32,000 nucleotides of DNA. It comes from Candidatus Baldrarchaeota archaeon. Its GTDB lineage: Archaea; Asgardarchaeota; Baldrarchaeia; Baldrarchaeales; DXJG01. A program made the translations under genes and the position numbers. Shown here piece by piece: positions 18,818 through 27,417 of this stretch. The stretch spans positions 1-32,000 of the forward strand of contig DXJG01000003.1 in the NCBI GenBank assembly GCA_019056805.1. The letters run 5' to 3'. Under the pieces are notes generated by a model that was not told where the DNA came from, made no database searches, and saw nothing but the letters and a program-made list of their open reading frames with translations. Every line of letters starts with the position of its first letter. Within the stretch, counting starts at the first letter, position 1.

Positions 18818-19240
18818 ATGATTAAAGAAAAGTTACTTGAACTAAAAAAGTTACTAAAAAGTAAAAAACCAGATTTCATCAGGTATGAAAGTTGGAGATA
18901 TAAACGTGTTAAACCAAATTGGCGCAGACCAAGAGGAATAGACAGCAAGGTACGTCAGAAGAAAAAAGGATGGATTAAGATGCCAAATGTTGGCTATAGA
19001 TCGCCAAAAATTGTTAGAGGAGTTCATCCGTCAGGATTTGAAGAAGTTATTGTATATCGACCCGAGGATTTAGAAAAATTAGATCCTACTAAACATGCCG
19101 TAAGAATTGCTCATACTGTTGGAACTAAAAAGAAACTTGCTATTCTAGAGAAAGCTGAAGAACTGGAACTAATTGTACTAAACCCTACCAAGGAGGTTCA
19201 CAGAGGTGAAATTGAGGAGTCAGAGGAGATTAGCATCTGA
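18818..19240 (+). CDS. rpl32e: 50S ribosomal protein L32e (eL32)
   Basis: WRRPRGIDSKVR, PNVGYRSP, HPSGFEEVIV, IAHTVGTKK. Confidence 0.98.
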   Translation: MIKEKLLELKKLLKSKKPDFIRYESWRYKRVKPNWRRPRGIDSKVRQKKKGWIKMPNVGYRSPKIVRGVHPSGFEEVIVYRPEDLEKLDPTKHAVRIAHTVGTKKKLAILEKAEELELIVLNPTKEVHRGEIEESEEISI

Positions 19241-19667
19241 AATACTTAAAGTAGGTATTCATAGAGTTTGGATAGATCCCGAGTATGCTGACGAAGTTAG
19301 TATGGCTGTTAGACGTGAGGATATTAGACGTTTAATTAAAGATGGTATAATTCGTGCTCTACCTGAGAAGGGCATATCAACAAGTAGAACTAAAAAACTT
19401 CACGAACAAAAAAAGAAAGGCAGAAGAAGAGGACATGGAAGTAGAAAAGGAAGAAAAACAGCTAGAATGCCCAGAAAAGAAAGCTGGATGAATAGAATAA
19501 GAGCCATAAGAAGAAAACTTAGAGAACTACGTGATAAGAGAATTATAACCAGAAGAGTTTATAGAATGTTATATATGAAAGCAAAAGGAGGAACATTTGG
19601 AAGTATTCGTCATTTATTACATTATATAGAGGAACATAACCTAGCAAGAAAAGCAATACTAGAATAG
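19206..19667 (+). CDS. rpl19e: 50S ribosomal protein L19e (eL19)
   Basis: QRRLASEIL...[25 protein letters not shown]. Confidence 0.98.
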   Translation: MKLRSQRRLASEILKVGIHRVWIDPEYADEVSMAVRREDIRRLIKDGIIRALPEKGISTSRTKKLHEQKKKGRRRGHGSRKGRKTARMPRKESWMNRIRAIRRKLRELRDKRIITRRVYRMLYMKAKGGTFGSIRHLLHYIEEHNLARKAILE

Positions 19668-19678
19668 GAGGTTTAAAA

Positions 19679-20278
19679 GTGGCAAAAGGCCCAAGGTACA
19701 GAGTACCCTTTAGGAGACGCAGAGAAGGAAAAACTGATTACTACCTGAGGAGAAAATTAGTAATATCCGGCTTACCCAGATTAGTCGCCAGAAAAACTCT
19801 AAAACATATGATTACACAAATAATAGTCGCCCGCCCAGAGGGCGATAGAACCCTAATCTCTGCTCATAGCAAAGAACTCGTACAAAAATATGGTTGGCTT
19901 GGAGGAACTGGAAACATACCAGCAGCATACTTAACTGGATTATTGATAGGTTATAAAGCGTTAAAAGCTAATATCGAAAAAGCAATTCTCGATATAGGAC
20001 TTCACAGACCAACTAAAGGAAATAGAGTATTCGCAGTTCTTAAAGGCGCTGTAGATGCCGGACTAGAAATTCCGCACAGCGAAGAAATATTACCAGACGA
20101 GTCTAGGATAAAAGGAGAACATATCGCTAAATATGCTGAACTATTAGAAAAAACAGATCCAGAACGATACCAAAGACAATTTTCACAATATCTCAAAAAG
20201 AACTTAGATCCTAAAAATCTTCCAAAACATTTCGAAGAGGTAAAAAACAAAATAATTTCGAGTTTTGAGGAGGCTTAA
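19679..20278 (+). CDS. rpl18: 50S ribosomal protein L18 (uL18)
   Basis: [37 protein letters not shown]. Confidence 0.98.
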   Translation: MAKGPRYRVPFRRRREGKTDYYLRRKLVISGLPRLVARKTLKHMITQIIVARPEGDRTLISAHSKELVQKYGWLGGTGNIPAAYLTGLLIGYKALKANIEKAILDIGLHRPTKGNRVFAVLKGAVDAGLEIPHSEEILPDESRIKGEHIAKYAELLEKTDPERYQRQFSQYLKKNLDPKNLPKHFEEVKNKIISSFEEA

Positions 20279-20280
20279 CC

Positions 20281-20916
20281 ATGCAAAGTAAATCTATAGA
20301 CACCGGAGAATGGAAACCCAGAACTGAAACAGGCCGTTTAGTAAGAGAAGGACAAATAACATCAATTGATGAAATATTTCGTGCAGCTCTGCCTATTAGG
20401 GAACCTGAAATAGTTGATATTCTACTTCCCAATCTTGAAGAGGAAGTAGTTGATATAAACCTGGTTCAACGTCAAACCGATGCGGGTGAGAAATCTAGAT
20501 TTAGAGCAACAGTTGTTGTTGGTAATAGAGATGGATATGTAGGTGTAGGAGAAGGTAAAGCACAAGAAATCGGCCAAGCAATAAGAAAAGCCATAGTTGA
20601 CGCTAAATTAAATGTAGTTCCTGTTAGAAGAGGCTGTGGAAGCTGGGAATGTAGATGTCATCATTCACATTCCGTACCCTTCAAAGTTGAAGGTAAAAGT
20701 GGAAGTGTAAGGGTAATACTCATACCTGCACCAAGAGGTACTGGCCTAGTTGCGGGTGACATCGCAAAAGTTGTTTTAAGACTTGCTGGAATCCAAGATG
20801 TATGGTCTAGAACCTTTGGTGAGACAAGAACAGCATCTAACTTCGCTAAAGCCGTTTATGACGCTCTCAGAAACACATACAAGTTCATGTCCCCTAAGGA
20901 TTGGGGAAGAGTCTAA
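20281..20916 (+). CDS. rps5: 30S ribosomal protein S5 (uS5)
   Basis: [37 protein letters not shown]. Confidence 0.98.
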   Translation: MQSKSIDTGEWKPRTETGRLVREGQITSIDEIFRAALPIREPEIVDILLPNLEEEVVDINLVQRQTDAGEKSRFRATVVVGNRDGYVGVGEGKAQEIGQAIRKAIVDAKLNVVPVRRGCGSWECRCHHSHSVPFKVEGKSGSVRVILIPAPRGTGLVAGDIAKVVLRLAGIQDVWSRTFGETRTASNFAKAVYDALRNTYKFMSPKDWGRV

Positions 20917-20929
20917 GGAGGACGTATCG

Positions 20930-21409
20930 ATGCAAGAGAAAAAAAGACTTGCAATAATAAGGCTGCGGGGAAGTGTTGGAATTCGCGAAGAAGTAGAGGA
21001 TACTCTGAAAATACTAAGGCTTCATAAGGTTCATCACGCTGTTATTATAGATAATAGTCCAAGCTACTTAGGTATGTTACAAAAAGTTAAAGATTACGTT
21101 ACATGGGGCGAAATCAACGCAGAAACATTAGCAGCAATGATAAAAAAACGAGGAAGACTTGTAGGAGACAAAAAACTGACCGATGAAATTGTTCAAAAAT
21201 ATACTCAATACAAAACAATTGAAGAGTTCGCTAAGGCCATCATTGAATTTAAAGCAGAGCTCAGCGACATACCAAAATTAAAACCAGTATTTCGCCTACA
21301 CCCCCCAAAGGGTGGATTAAAAAGGTCGAAAAAAAGACCCTATTCCGACGAAGGAGAACTTGGTTATCGAGGCGAGACAATAAACGATTTACTTAAGAAG
21401 ATGATTTAA
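20930..21409 (+). CDS. rpl30: 50S ribosomal protein L30 (uL30)
   Basis: LAIIRLRG, GMLQKVKDYVTWGEI, FRLHPPKGG, GYRGETINDLLKKMI; ATG 20930 follows GGAGG (ORF-track extension overlaps rps5). Confidence 0.97.
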   Translation: MQEKKRLAIIRLRGSVGIREEVEDTLKILRLHKVHHAVIIDNSPSYLGMLQKVKDYVTWGEINAETLAAMIKKRGRLVGDKKLTDEIVQKYTQYKTIEEFAKAIIEFKAELSDIPKLKPVFRLHPPKGGLKRSKKRPYSDEGELGYRGETINDLLKKMI

Positions 21410-21424
21410 CAGGAGGATATCTAA

Positions 21425-21874
21425 ATGGTGGTAAGAAGAAGAAAAAAGATTAGAAAATTCCGTGGATCAAGAACTCAAGGATATGGTAGAGTAGGACAAC
21501 ATCGTAAAGGAGGATCCAGAGGAGGCAAAGGGAGAGCAGCTGGACGCAAACATGGACACATGTGGTCCTATATAGTTAAGTACGAACCTGACCGCTTTGG
21601 AAAACACGGGTTCCACCGTCCGCAAAGCCTAGTTAAAGAACCCCGAACTATAAATATAGGAGAACTAGAGGAAAATATCGATTTTCTACTTGAAAACAAA
21701 ATAGCTAAATATGAAAATGAACACATCGTCGTTGACGTGACAAAACTAGGTTTAGATAAGGTTCTTGGAAAAGGAAAAATAACTAAACCTCTCATTGTAA
21801 AAGCAAAATCATTTACCGCATCAGCCATAAAGAAATTGGAAGAAGCCGGAGGGAAAGCAATAATTATCCATTAA
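21425..21874 (+). CDS. rpl15: 50S ribosomal protein L15 (uL15)
   Basis: RGSRTQGYG...HRKGGSRGGKG, FGKHGF, KVLGKG, AIKKLEEAGG. Confidence 0.98.
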   Translation: MVVRRRKKIRKFRGSRTQGYGRVGQHRKGGSRGGKGRAAGRKHGHMWSYIVKYEPDRFGKHGFHRPQSLVKEPRTINIGELEENIDFLLENKIAKYENEHIVVDVTKLGLDKVLGKGKITKPLIVKAKSFTASAIKKLEEAGGKAIIIH

Positions 21875-21957
21875 ATTTTAATCTTATGCCAATTATTATA
21901 CTCAAAATATTATAAACTTCAAGTCAAAATATATATGCTGATAAAGAGGGTTCCGCG

Positions 21958-23421
21958 ATGAGCAGGTTTTTAAACTTCCTTGCACCTTTCATACGATTCA
22001 CTCCAGAAGTAAAGACACCAGACCGAGATGTAACATTTAGAGAAAAACTCTTCTGGACAGGTCTTGTACTAATTATATACTTAATTATGAGTAATATACC
22101 GCTTTACGGAATAGAAAAAGGTGCAGGATACGATTATCTCTTTTGGATGCGTGTCATATTAGCTTCTAAACGTGGAACCTTAACCGAACTTGGTATAGGA
22201 CCTATAGTTACCGCTGGCTTAATAATGCAACTTCTAGCTGGATCAAAAATAATAGACATAGATTTCTCAAACCCCGAAGATAGAGCACTTTTCACAGGAG
22301 CTCAAAAAGTACTAGCCCTTATCATAACGTTCTTTCAAGCGTTTGCATATCTCTACGCTAAAGCTTTTGGCCCCCTGCCCTTCGAAAATTCAGTAGCAGT
22401 ATTCTTACAACTTGTAGCTGCAGGAGTACTAATAATTCTTCTAGATGAGACACTTCAGAAAGGTTGGGGACTTGGAAGTGGAGTAAGTCTATTCATAGCA
22501 ACAAATACAGCTGAACTAATACTCTGGGGCGCATTTGCTCCCCTCCCAACGGGGGATGAAGGAGATGGACTTTACAGAGGCGCCGTTCTAGCCTTTGTCC
22601 AACTCATGATGGAAGCTGCTGGCACAGGTAAATGGCGTGAAAACCTTATCCACGCATTTAACCGCCCTGGCAACTTACCAGATATGAGTGGAGTCCTAGC
22701 TACAGTCGCAGTTTTTCTGATCGTTATATACCTTGAAGCATGTAGAGTCGAAATACCAGTTTCGTACGCAAGATTTAGAGGATACAAAGGCAAATACCCA
22801 ATAAAACTTCTATACGTCTCAAACATTCCTGTAATTTTAGTGCAAGCACTTTATGCAAATTTCCTATTCTTCGGACAATTATTCTGGTCACGATGGAAAG
22901 ACACAAATAACATTTTCCTATCCCTATTCGTAAAAGCTCTTGGACAATTTGAATACTCCGAAGAAGGAGGATATCTAGAACCGATAGGCGGACTAGTCTA
23001 CTATTTAACTCCTCCAAGAAGTTTGGAAACAATAGCAACAGAACCACTAAGAGCAATCATATATCTATTAATATTTGTAGCGCTTTGTGCTATGTTTAGC
23101 AGTGTTTGGATAGAGGTTTCGGGTATTGGACCCAGAGACATTGCCTATCAATTACTTCAAGCCGGAATGCAAGTTCCCGGTTTCAGAAGGTCGCCAAAGA
23201 TAATAGAAAGAATTTTAGAAAGATATATTCCAACAGTCACCGTACTAGGCGGCATTATTGTAGGATTAATAGCTGCAATTGCAGATTTTCTAGGAGCTCT
23301 AGGAACTGGAGTCGGAGTTCTTTTAACCGTTGGAATCATATATCAATACTATCAGATAATTGCCCAAGAACAACTTGCTGAAATCCACCCAGCCCTAAGA
23401 GGACTATTAGGAATGGAATGA
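21958..23421 (+). CDS. secY: protein translocase subunit SecY/Sec61alpha
   Basis: ELGIGPIVTAGLIMQLL, GWGLGSGVSLFI, YPIKLLYVSNIPVIL, GTGVLLTVGI; 10 TM pattern. Confidence 0.98.
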   Translation: MSRFLNFLAPFIRFTPEVKTPDRDVTFREKLFWTGLVLIIYLIMSNIPLYGIEKGAGYDYLFWMRVILASKRGTLTELGIGPIVTAGLIMQLLAGSKIIDIDFSNPEDRALFTGAQKVLALIITFFQAFAYLYAKAFGPLPFENSVAVFLQLVAAGVLIILLDETLQKGWGLGSGVSLFIATNTAELILWGAFAPLPTGDEGDGLYRGAVLAFVQLMMEAAGTGKWRENLIHAFNRPGNLPDMSGVLATVAVFLIVIYLEACRVEIPVSYARFRGYKGKYPIKLLYVSNIPVILVQALYANFLFFGQLFWSRWKDTNNIFLSLFVKALGQFEYSEEGGYLEPIGGLVYYLTPPRSLETIATEPLRAIIYLLIFVALCAMFSSVWIEVSGIGPRDIAYQLLQAGMQVPGFRRSPKIIERILERYIPTVTVLGGIIVGLIAAIADFLGALGTGVGVLLTVGIIYQYYQIIAQEQLAEIHPALRGLLGME

Positions 23422-23430
23422 GGGAGAAAC

Positions 23431-23928
23431 ATGATTAGCATATGGGAAAAATTAGTAACATTCATAAGTAACTTACTTGAGCCTTATAGATATCCTCCAA
23501 ACTCCGCCATTTTCATACTAATACTCACCATTGCGTTATCAGTCACCATCTCAACAATAAATAGAATGATCCTTGACATAGAAAAACTAAGACGATACGA
23601 AGAAAAAATACGCAAATGGCGACAAATGTACTTCAAGGCAAAAAGAACCGGAGACAAAAAACTACTTGTAAAGGTTGAAAGACAAAGCAAATACATACAG
23701 AGATTACAATCTGAAGTAGCCTCGGAAAGATTTAAACCCATGTTTATATACCTCGTACCCTTTATGCTATTATTCTGGATACTTAACAGCGTATATAAGG
23801 GGATAACGGTTGTAATATTACCATTCGAATTACCACGGCTTGGAAGCCAACTAACCTTCTTTTGGTGGTATCTTCTTTGCAACTTTGCTGTTGGAGGACC
23901 AATTCAAAAAATATTTAGGATAACGTGA
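23431..23928 (+). CDS. DUF106 / Oxa1-superfamily membrane protein (EMC3/TMCO1/Get1-like)
   Basis: TM - coiled coil - TM - TM topology (FKPMFIYLVPF; FFWWYLLC); canonical position between secY and rpl34e. Confidence 0.85.
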   Translation: MISIWEKLVTFISNLLEPYRYPPNSAIFILILTIALSVTISTINRMILDIEKLRRYEEKIRKWRQMYFKAKRTGDKKLLVKVERQSKYIQRLQSEVASERFKPMFIYLVPFMLLFWILNSVYKGITVVILPFELPRLGSQLTFFWWYLLCNFAVGGPIQKIFRIT

Positions 23929-23998
23929 AGTAGTGCTATCAGCAAAAACTTAATAAAGTTTCATTTGTTGCTAATATGTCGTTCAGGGAGGTATAAAA

Positions 23999-24271
23999 AT
24001 GCCAGAACCACGCTACCGGTCAAGGTCTTTAAGAAGACGATACGTACACACACCTGGAGGAAAAACCGTCATCCATTACAGGAGAAAAAAACCTGACGTT
24101 GCAAAATGCGCATTATGTGGTCAACCTCTCAGAGGAATTCCCAGACTAAGGCCAGGAGAATTCAGAAAGTTGACAAAAAGTCAACGAAGACCAGAGAGAC
24201 CTTTCGGTGGATATCTATGCCACAAATGCTTAGCAATGGAAATCAAGAAAGCTGTTAGAGGTATAGCTTAA
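23999..24271 (+). CDS. rpl34e: 50S ribosomal protein L34e (eL34)
   Basis: MPEPRYRSRS, TPGGK, CALCG, RPERPFGGYLCHKC. Confidence 0.98.
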   Translation: MPEPRYRSRSLRRRYVHTPGGKTVIHYRRKKPDVAKCALCGQPLRGIPRLRPGEFRKLTKSQRRPERPFGGYLCHKCLAMEIKKAVRGIA

Positions 24272-24273
24272 CA

Positions 24274-24825
24274 ATGAACCTTACTATCGCCATTAGTGGT
24301 CCTGCAGGTAGTGGAAAAACAACTTATGCCAAAAGACTGGCAAAAGAGCTAGGATTACGATACGTTTCAGCAGGACAATTATTTAGAAAAATGGCAAAAG
24401 AAAGAAAACTATCCCTTGTAGAATTTGGTAAAATAGCAGAGAAAAATTTTGACATAGACAAAGAAATAGACAGAAGAACCTTAGAAGAAGCAAAAAAAGG
24501 CAATGTAGTGTTAGATGGAAGGTTAACTGCTTGGGTAACAAGAGACATCGCAGATCTCAAAATACTTCTTACAGCCCCTCTTGAAATAAGAGTAAAACGA
24601 ATAGCAAAAAGAGACAATAAAGATTACGATGAAGTTTTCAGAGAAACAGTTGAAAGAGAAAAAAGCGAATTAAAAAGATATCAAACTATATATGGAGCAA
24701 ATCCTTACGATATCTCCCTATATGATGTCATTTTAAATACAAGCAAATTCACTATAGAGGCAGCAGTAAGAATTTTAAAGAAAATAGTGGAGGAATATGT
24801 TGCCTCCCGCACCTCAATAGGATGA
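24274..24825 (+). CDS. cmk: cytidylate kinase (archaeal type)
   Basis: P-loop ISGPAGSGKTT, SAGQLFR, VLDGRLTAW, LTAPLEIRVKRI; conserved L34e-cmk-L14e order. Confidence 0.95.
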   Translation: MNLTIAISGPAGSGKTTYAKRLAKELGLRYVSAGQLFRKMAKERKLSLVEFGKIAEKNFDIDKEIDRRTLEEAKKGNVVLDGRLTAWVTRDIADLKILLTAPLEIRVKRIAKRDNKDYDEVFRETVEREKSELKRYQTIYGANPYDISLYDVILNTSKFTIEAAVRILKKIVEEYVASRTSIG

Positions 24826-24856
24826 ATCTAACTGGGGCGACCCGGTAGATAACTGA
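24819..24856 (+). ncRNA. candidate box C/D-like (kink-turn) structured RNA element with a GNRA hairpin upstream of rpl14e
   Basis: AGGATGA (box C-like) - ATCTAACTGGG GCGA CCCGGTAGAT hairpin - CTGA (box D). Confidence 0.4.
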
Positions 24857-24876
24857 GAGTGTAGGAGGTGAAATAA

Positions 24877-25167
24877 TTGAGCGCAATAGAAGTAGGTAGA
24901 ATATGTGTTAAAACTAGTGGAAGAGAAGCAGGAAGAAAGTGCGTTATTGTTGAAATAATAGATAAGAACTTTGTTTTAATAACAGGTCCCAAGGATGTGA
25001 CTGGTGTTAGAAGAAGACGATGTAACATAAAACACTTAGAACCGACGCCAGATAAAATAGAAATAAGTAGAGGAGCAAGTGACGAAGAAGTGAAAAAGGC
25101 TCTTGAAGAAGCTGGAAAACTGGAAGAACTGAAAGAAAAGGTTAAAATAACTCCAAAAATCATCTAA
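24877..25167 (+). CDS. rpl14e: 50S ribosomal protein L14e (eL14)
   Basis: [35 protein letters not shown]...[11 protein letters not shown]. Confidence 0.97.
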   Translation: MSAIEVGRICVKTSGREAGRKCVIVEIIDKNFVLITGPKDVTGVRRRRCNIKHLEPTPDKIEISRGASDEEVKKALEEAGKLEELKEKVKITPKII

Positions 25168-25217
25168 CACCATTTCCTAATATTTTAGTAACTAGATATG
25201 TTTGTTATAGTATTAGG

Positions 25218-26240
25218 GTGAAGTATTTGTATGAAAGAAAGTTGCCATCAGACATTAAAAGAGAGATTCTAGTAAAAAGTGAAGCAGAAACTGACCCTGC
25301 TTATGGTTGTCCACCATATGAAAGACCTATTGAGGAACATCTAAGAAAGGGTGTAATAAATTTAGACAAACCAGCTGGTCCTACTAGTCATGAAGTCGTT
25401 GCTTGGGTAAAGAAAATCTTAAATTTAAAAAAGGCTGGACATGGAGGAACTTTAGACCCAAACGTTACAGGTATACTTCCGGTTGCACTAGAAGATGCCA
25501 CAAAAATTGTTCAATCCTTACTTCCAGCTGGTAAAGAATATGTAACAATTATTCAACTCCATGGGGATGTACCGAGAGAGAAAATTGAAAAAGTCATTAA
25601 AGAATTTGAAGGGCCAATATATCAACGTCCTCCAGTACGCTCATCAGTCAAAAGACGACTAAGAATAAGAAAAATCTACTATATAGATATTCTTGAGATA
25701 GAAAATCGCAATATATTATTAAGGATTGGATGTCAAGCTGGAACTTACATAAGAAAAATTGCCCATGATATAGGAGAAGCATTAGGTGTCGGAGCACACA
25801 TGAGAGAACTTAGAAGAACACGTACAGGACCCTTTAAAGAAGATGAAACCCTAGTAACTCTTCACGATGTAGTTGATGCTTACTATTTTTGGAAGGAAGA
25901 TGGAGAAGAAGAATTTCTACGAAAAGTCATACAACCAATGGAAAAGGGTTTAGAACACCTACCTCACATTTGGATTAGAGATTCTGCTGTAGATGCAATA
26001 TGCCATGGGGCAAACTTAGCAGCTCCTGGTGTTGTAAAACTTCATGACGGTATATCACCTGGAGACTTAATAGTAATTTGTACATTAAAGGATGAGGCTG
26101 TAGCACTAGGAAAAGCTTTGGTTTCTTCTAAAGAAATGCTAGAGAAAAATCATGGTATAATCGTCGATACCGAAAGAGTATTAATGGAGAGAAATATTTA
26201 TCCTTCTTGGCATGAATTTAAGAAAGAACAAAAAACATAA
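25218..26240 (+). CDS. cbf5: H/ACA RNP pseudouridine synthase Cbf5 (TruB family, PUA domain)
   Basis: LDKPAGPTSHEV, catalytic GHGGTLDP, CQAGTYIRK, ELRRTRTG, C-terminal PUA. Confidence 0.97.
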   Translation: MKYLYERKLPSDIKREILVKSEAETDPAYGCPPYERPIEEHLRKGVINLDKPAGPTSHEVVAWVKKILNLKKAGHGGTLDPNVTGILPVALEDATKIVQSLLPAGKEYVTIIQLHGDVPREKIEKVIKEFEGPIYQRPPVRSSVKRRLRIRKIYYIDILEIENRNILLRIGCQAGTYIRKIAHDIGEALGVGAHMRELRRTRTGPFKEDETLVTLHDVVDAYYFWKEDGEEEFLRKVIQPMEKGLEHLPHIWIRDSAVDAICHGANLAAPGVVKLHDGISPGDLIVICTLKDEAVALGKALVSSKEMLEKNHGIIVDTERVLMERNIYPSWHEFKKEQKT

Positions 26241-26266
26241 TAGACGCTAAAATGGAAGAATAATAT

Positions 26267-26881
26267 ATGCCGGATCACTATTTTTCAGAAACTCCTACAA
26301 CTCCATTGAAAATTCATAAAGTTAAAACTATTTTAAGAGGTATATCTTTTGAATTTTTAACAGCTCCAGGAGTTTTTTCTTATAAAAAAATAGACAAAGG
26401 TACACGTATTCTCATAGAATCAATGGTACTTCCGGAAGAGGGATGTATACTAGATTTAGGATGTGGTTACGGAGTAATAGGCATAGTTGCAGCAAAACTT
26501 AACCCAAAATTAAAAATAATTATGACTGACATAAATAAAAGAGCGATTTGGCTTGCAAAGAGAAATGTAGAATTAAATCAAGTAAAAAATGTAAAAATAT
26601 TGCAGGGGGATCTATATTCTCCTGTGATGAATCAAAAATTTGACGCCATAATAACAAACCCACCTATTCACGCAGGACTTAGAACAGTTTTTGAAATAAT
26701 TGAAAAAGCACCCAAACACCTAAATTCAAATGGTACTCTACAAATAGTTGCCAAAACTAAAATGGGAGCAAAAAGAATATCAGAAAAAATGTTACACATA
26801 TTCAAAAATGTTGAGGAAATATCCAAAAAATCTGGATACCGTGTTTTACTTTCAAGAAAAACCTTAAAAAGTAAACAATAG
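26267..26881 (+). CDS. class I SAM-dependent methyltransferase (RsmC/MTS-like)
   Basis: HYFS, GVFS..KIDKGT, LDLGCGYG, TNPPI motifs. Confidence 0.88.
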   Translation: MPDHYFSETPTTPLKIHKVKTILRGISFEFLTAPGVFSYKKIDKGTRILIESMVLPEEGCILDLGCGYGVIGIVAAKLNPKLKIIMTDINKRAIWLAKRNVELNQVKNVKILQGDLYSPVMNQKFDAIITNPPIHAGLRTVFEIIEKAPKHLNSNGTLQIVAKTKMGAKRISEKMLHIFKNVEEISKKSGYRVLLSRKTLKSKQ

Positions 26882-27023
26882 GTTAAAAAATATTTTTACT
26901 GTTTCCTTTGTCACCTCGCTGATCATACATGTGCATTGTCTTTAAATACACTAGTAACGTTAATAATATCTAGCAATTTTAGATAAAAATAACTAGCAGT
27001 GCCGGGGTAGCCAAGTGGACTAC

Positions 27024-27041
27024 AGGCCTTATACCGGTTAG
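27024..27041 (+). other. non-canonical tRNA intron, about position 22/23
   Basis: Bulge-helix motif: GACT/GGTT 4-bp helix, bulge AC^A, GG/CC stem, 3' bulge AG^G; removal gives D arm GCCAAGTGGACTACGGCG. Boundaries could be off by 1 nt. Confidence 0.65.
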
Positions 27042-27056
27042 GGCGCGGGCCTGGAG

Positions 27057-27076
27057 ATTTTACCGGGACACGGGAC
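27057..27076 (+). other. canonical 37/38 tRNA intron containing a CGGGACA x2 tandem repeat
   Basis: Removal restores the 7-nt loop CT-GGA-GA between CGGGC and GCCCG. Confidence 0.75.
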
Positions 27077-27176
27077 AGCCCGTGGCCCTTACGGGCCGCG
27101 TGGGTTCGAATCCCACCCCCGGCGCCATATTAGTTTAGCGTTTTTAAGCGGTTTTCCTAGGTTTTTCACTAGATAA

Positions 27177-27326
27177 GCCCTAGAATTAGGCTGCTTTGAA
27201 TATCTTGCTTAACTTAAGATTCAGGAAAAATAGGGTGCAGTTCTCCCCAATTTAGTTTATGATGAAACGAAAGATTTGGTAGGTTTTGATAAACTTGCTA
27301 AGAACATGAGATTTAGTAAACCTTAA
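27177..27326 (+). pseudogene. possible decayed gene fragment
   Basis: Protein-like frame ALELGCFEYLA*LKIQEK*GAVLPNLVYDETKDLVGFDKLAKNMRFSKP* with two internal stops; family not recognised. Confidence 0.2.
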
Positions 27327-27417
27327 ATATGGTTACCCTATTGTGCACGGCACGAAGAGATTTTTTCCTGTTTTTTGATGGGAATTCTTCCCAAACATAA
27401 TTTAAGGAGATGATGGA

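Larger units (their letters stand above)
27001..27127 (+). tRNA. tRNA-Ser(GGA) with two introns (D-arm and anticodon loop) and encoded CCA
   Basis: Acceptor GCCGGGG/CCCCGGC, discriminator G, CCA; anticodon stem CGGGC/GCCCG with CT-GGA-G; long variable arm GGCCC-TTAC-GGGCC; T arm GTGGG-TTCGAAT-CCCAC; about 18 extra nt in the D arm and 20 extra nt after position 37. Confidence 0.9.

Noticed and set aside
20783-20929. N-terminal extensions given by the ORF track for rpl30, rpoD (30135), rps13 (28734), Sm (1480) and the membrane gene (11596)
   Set aside because: They overlap upstream genes or promoters; downstream SD-led starts match the family N-termini.
24823-24856. cmk TGA followed by a hairpin, as a possible selenocysteine/SECIS signal
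   Set aside because: Readthrough would hit TAA after one more codon (TGA ATC TAA), cmk is already complete, and the UGAN/NGAN quartet does not abut the helix.
27259-27310. Perfect box C (ATGATGA) suggesting a C/D sRNA
   Set aside because: No CTGA box D at a suitable distance and no convincing D'/C' pair.
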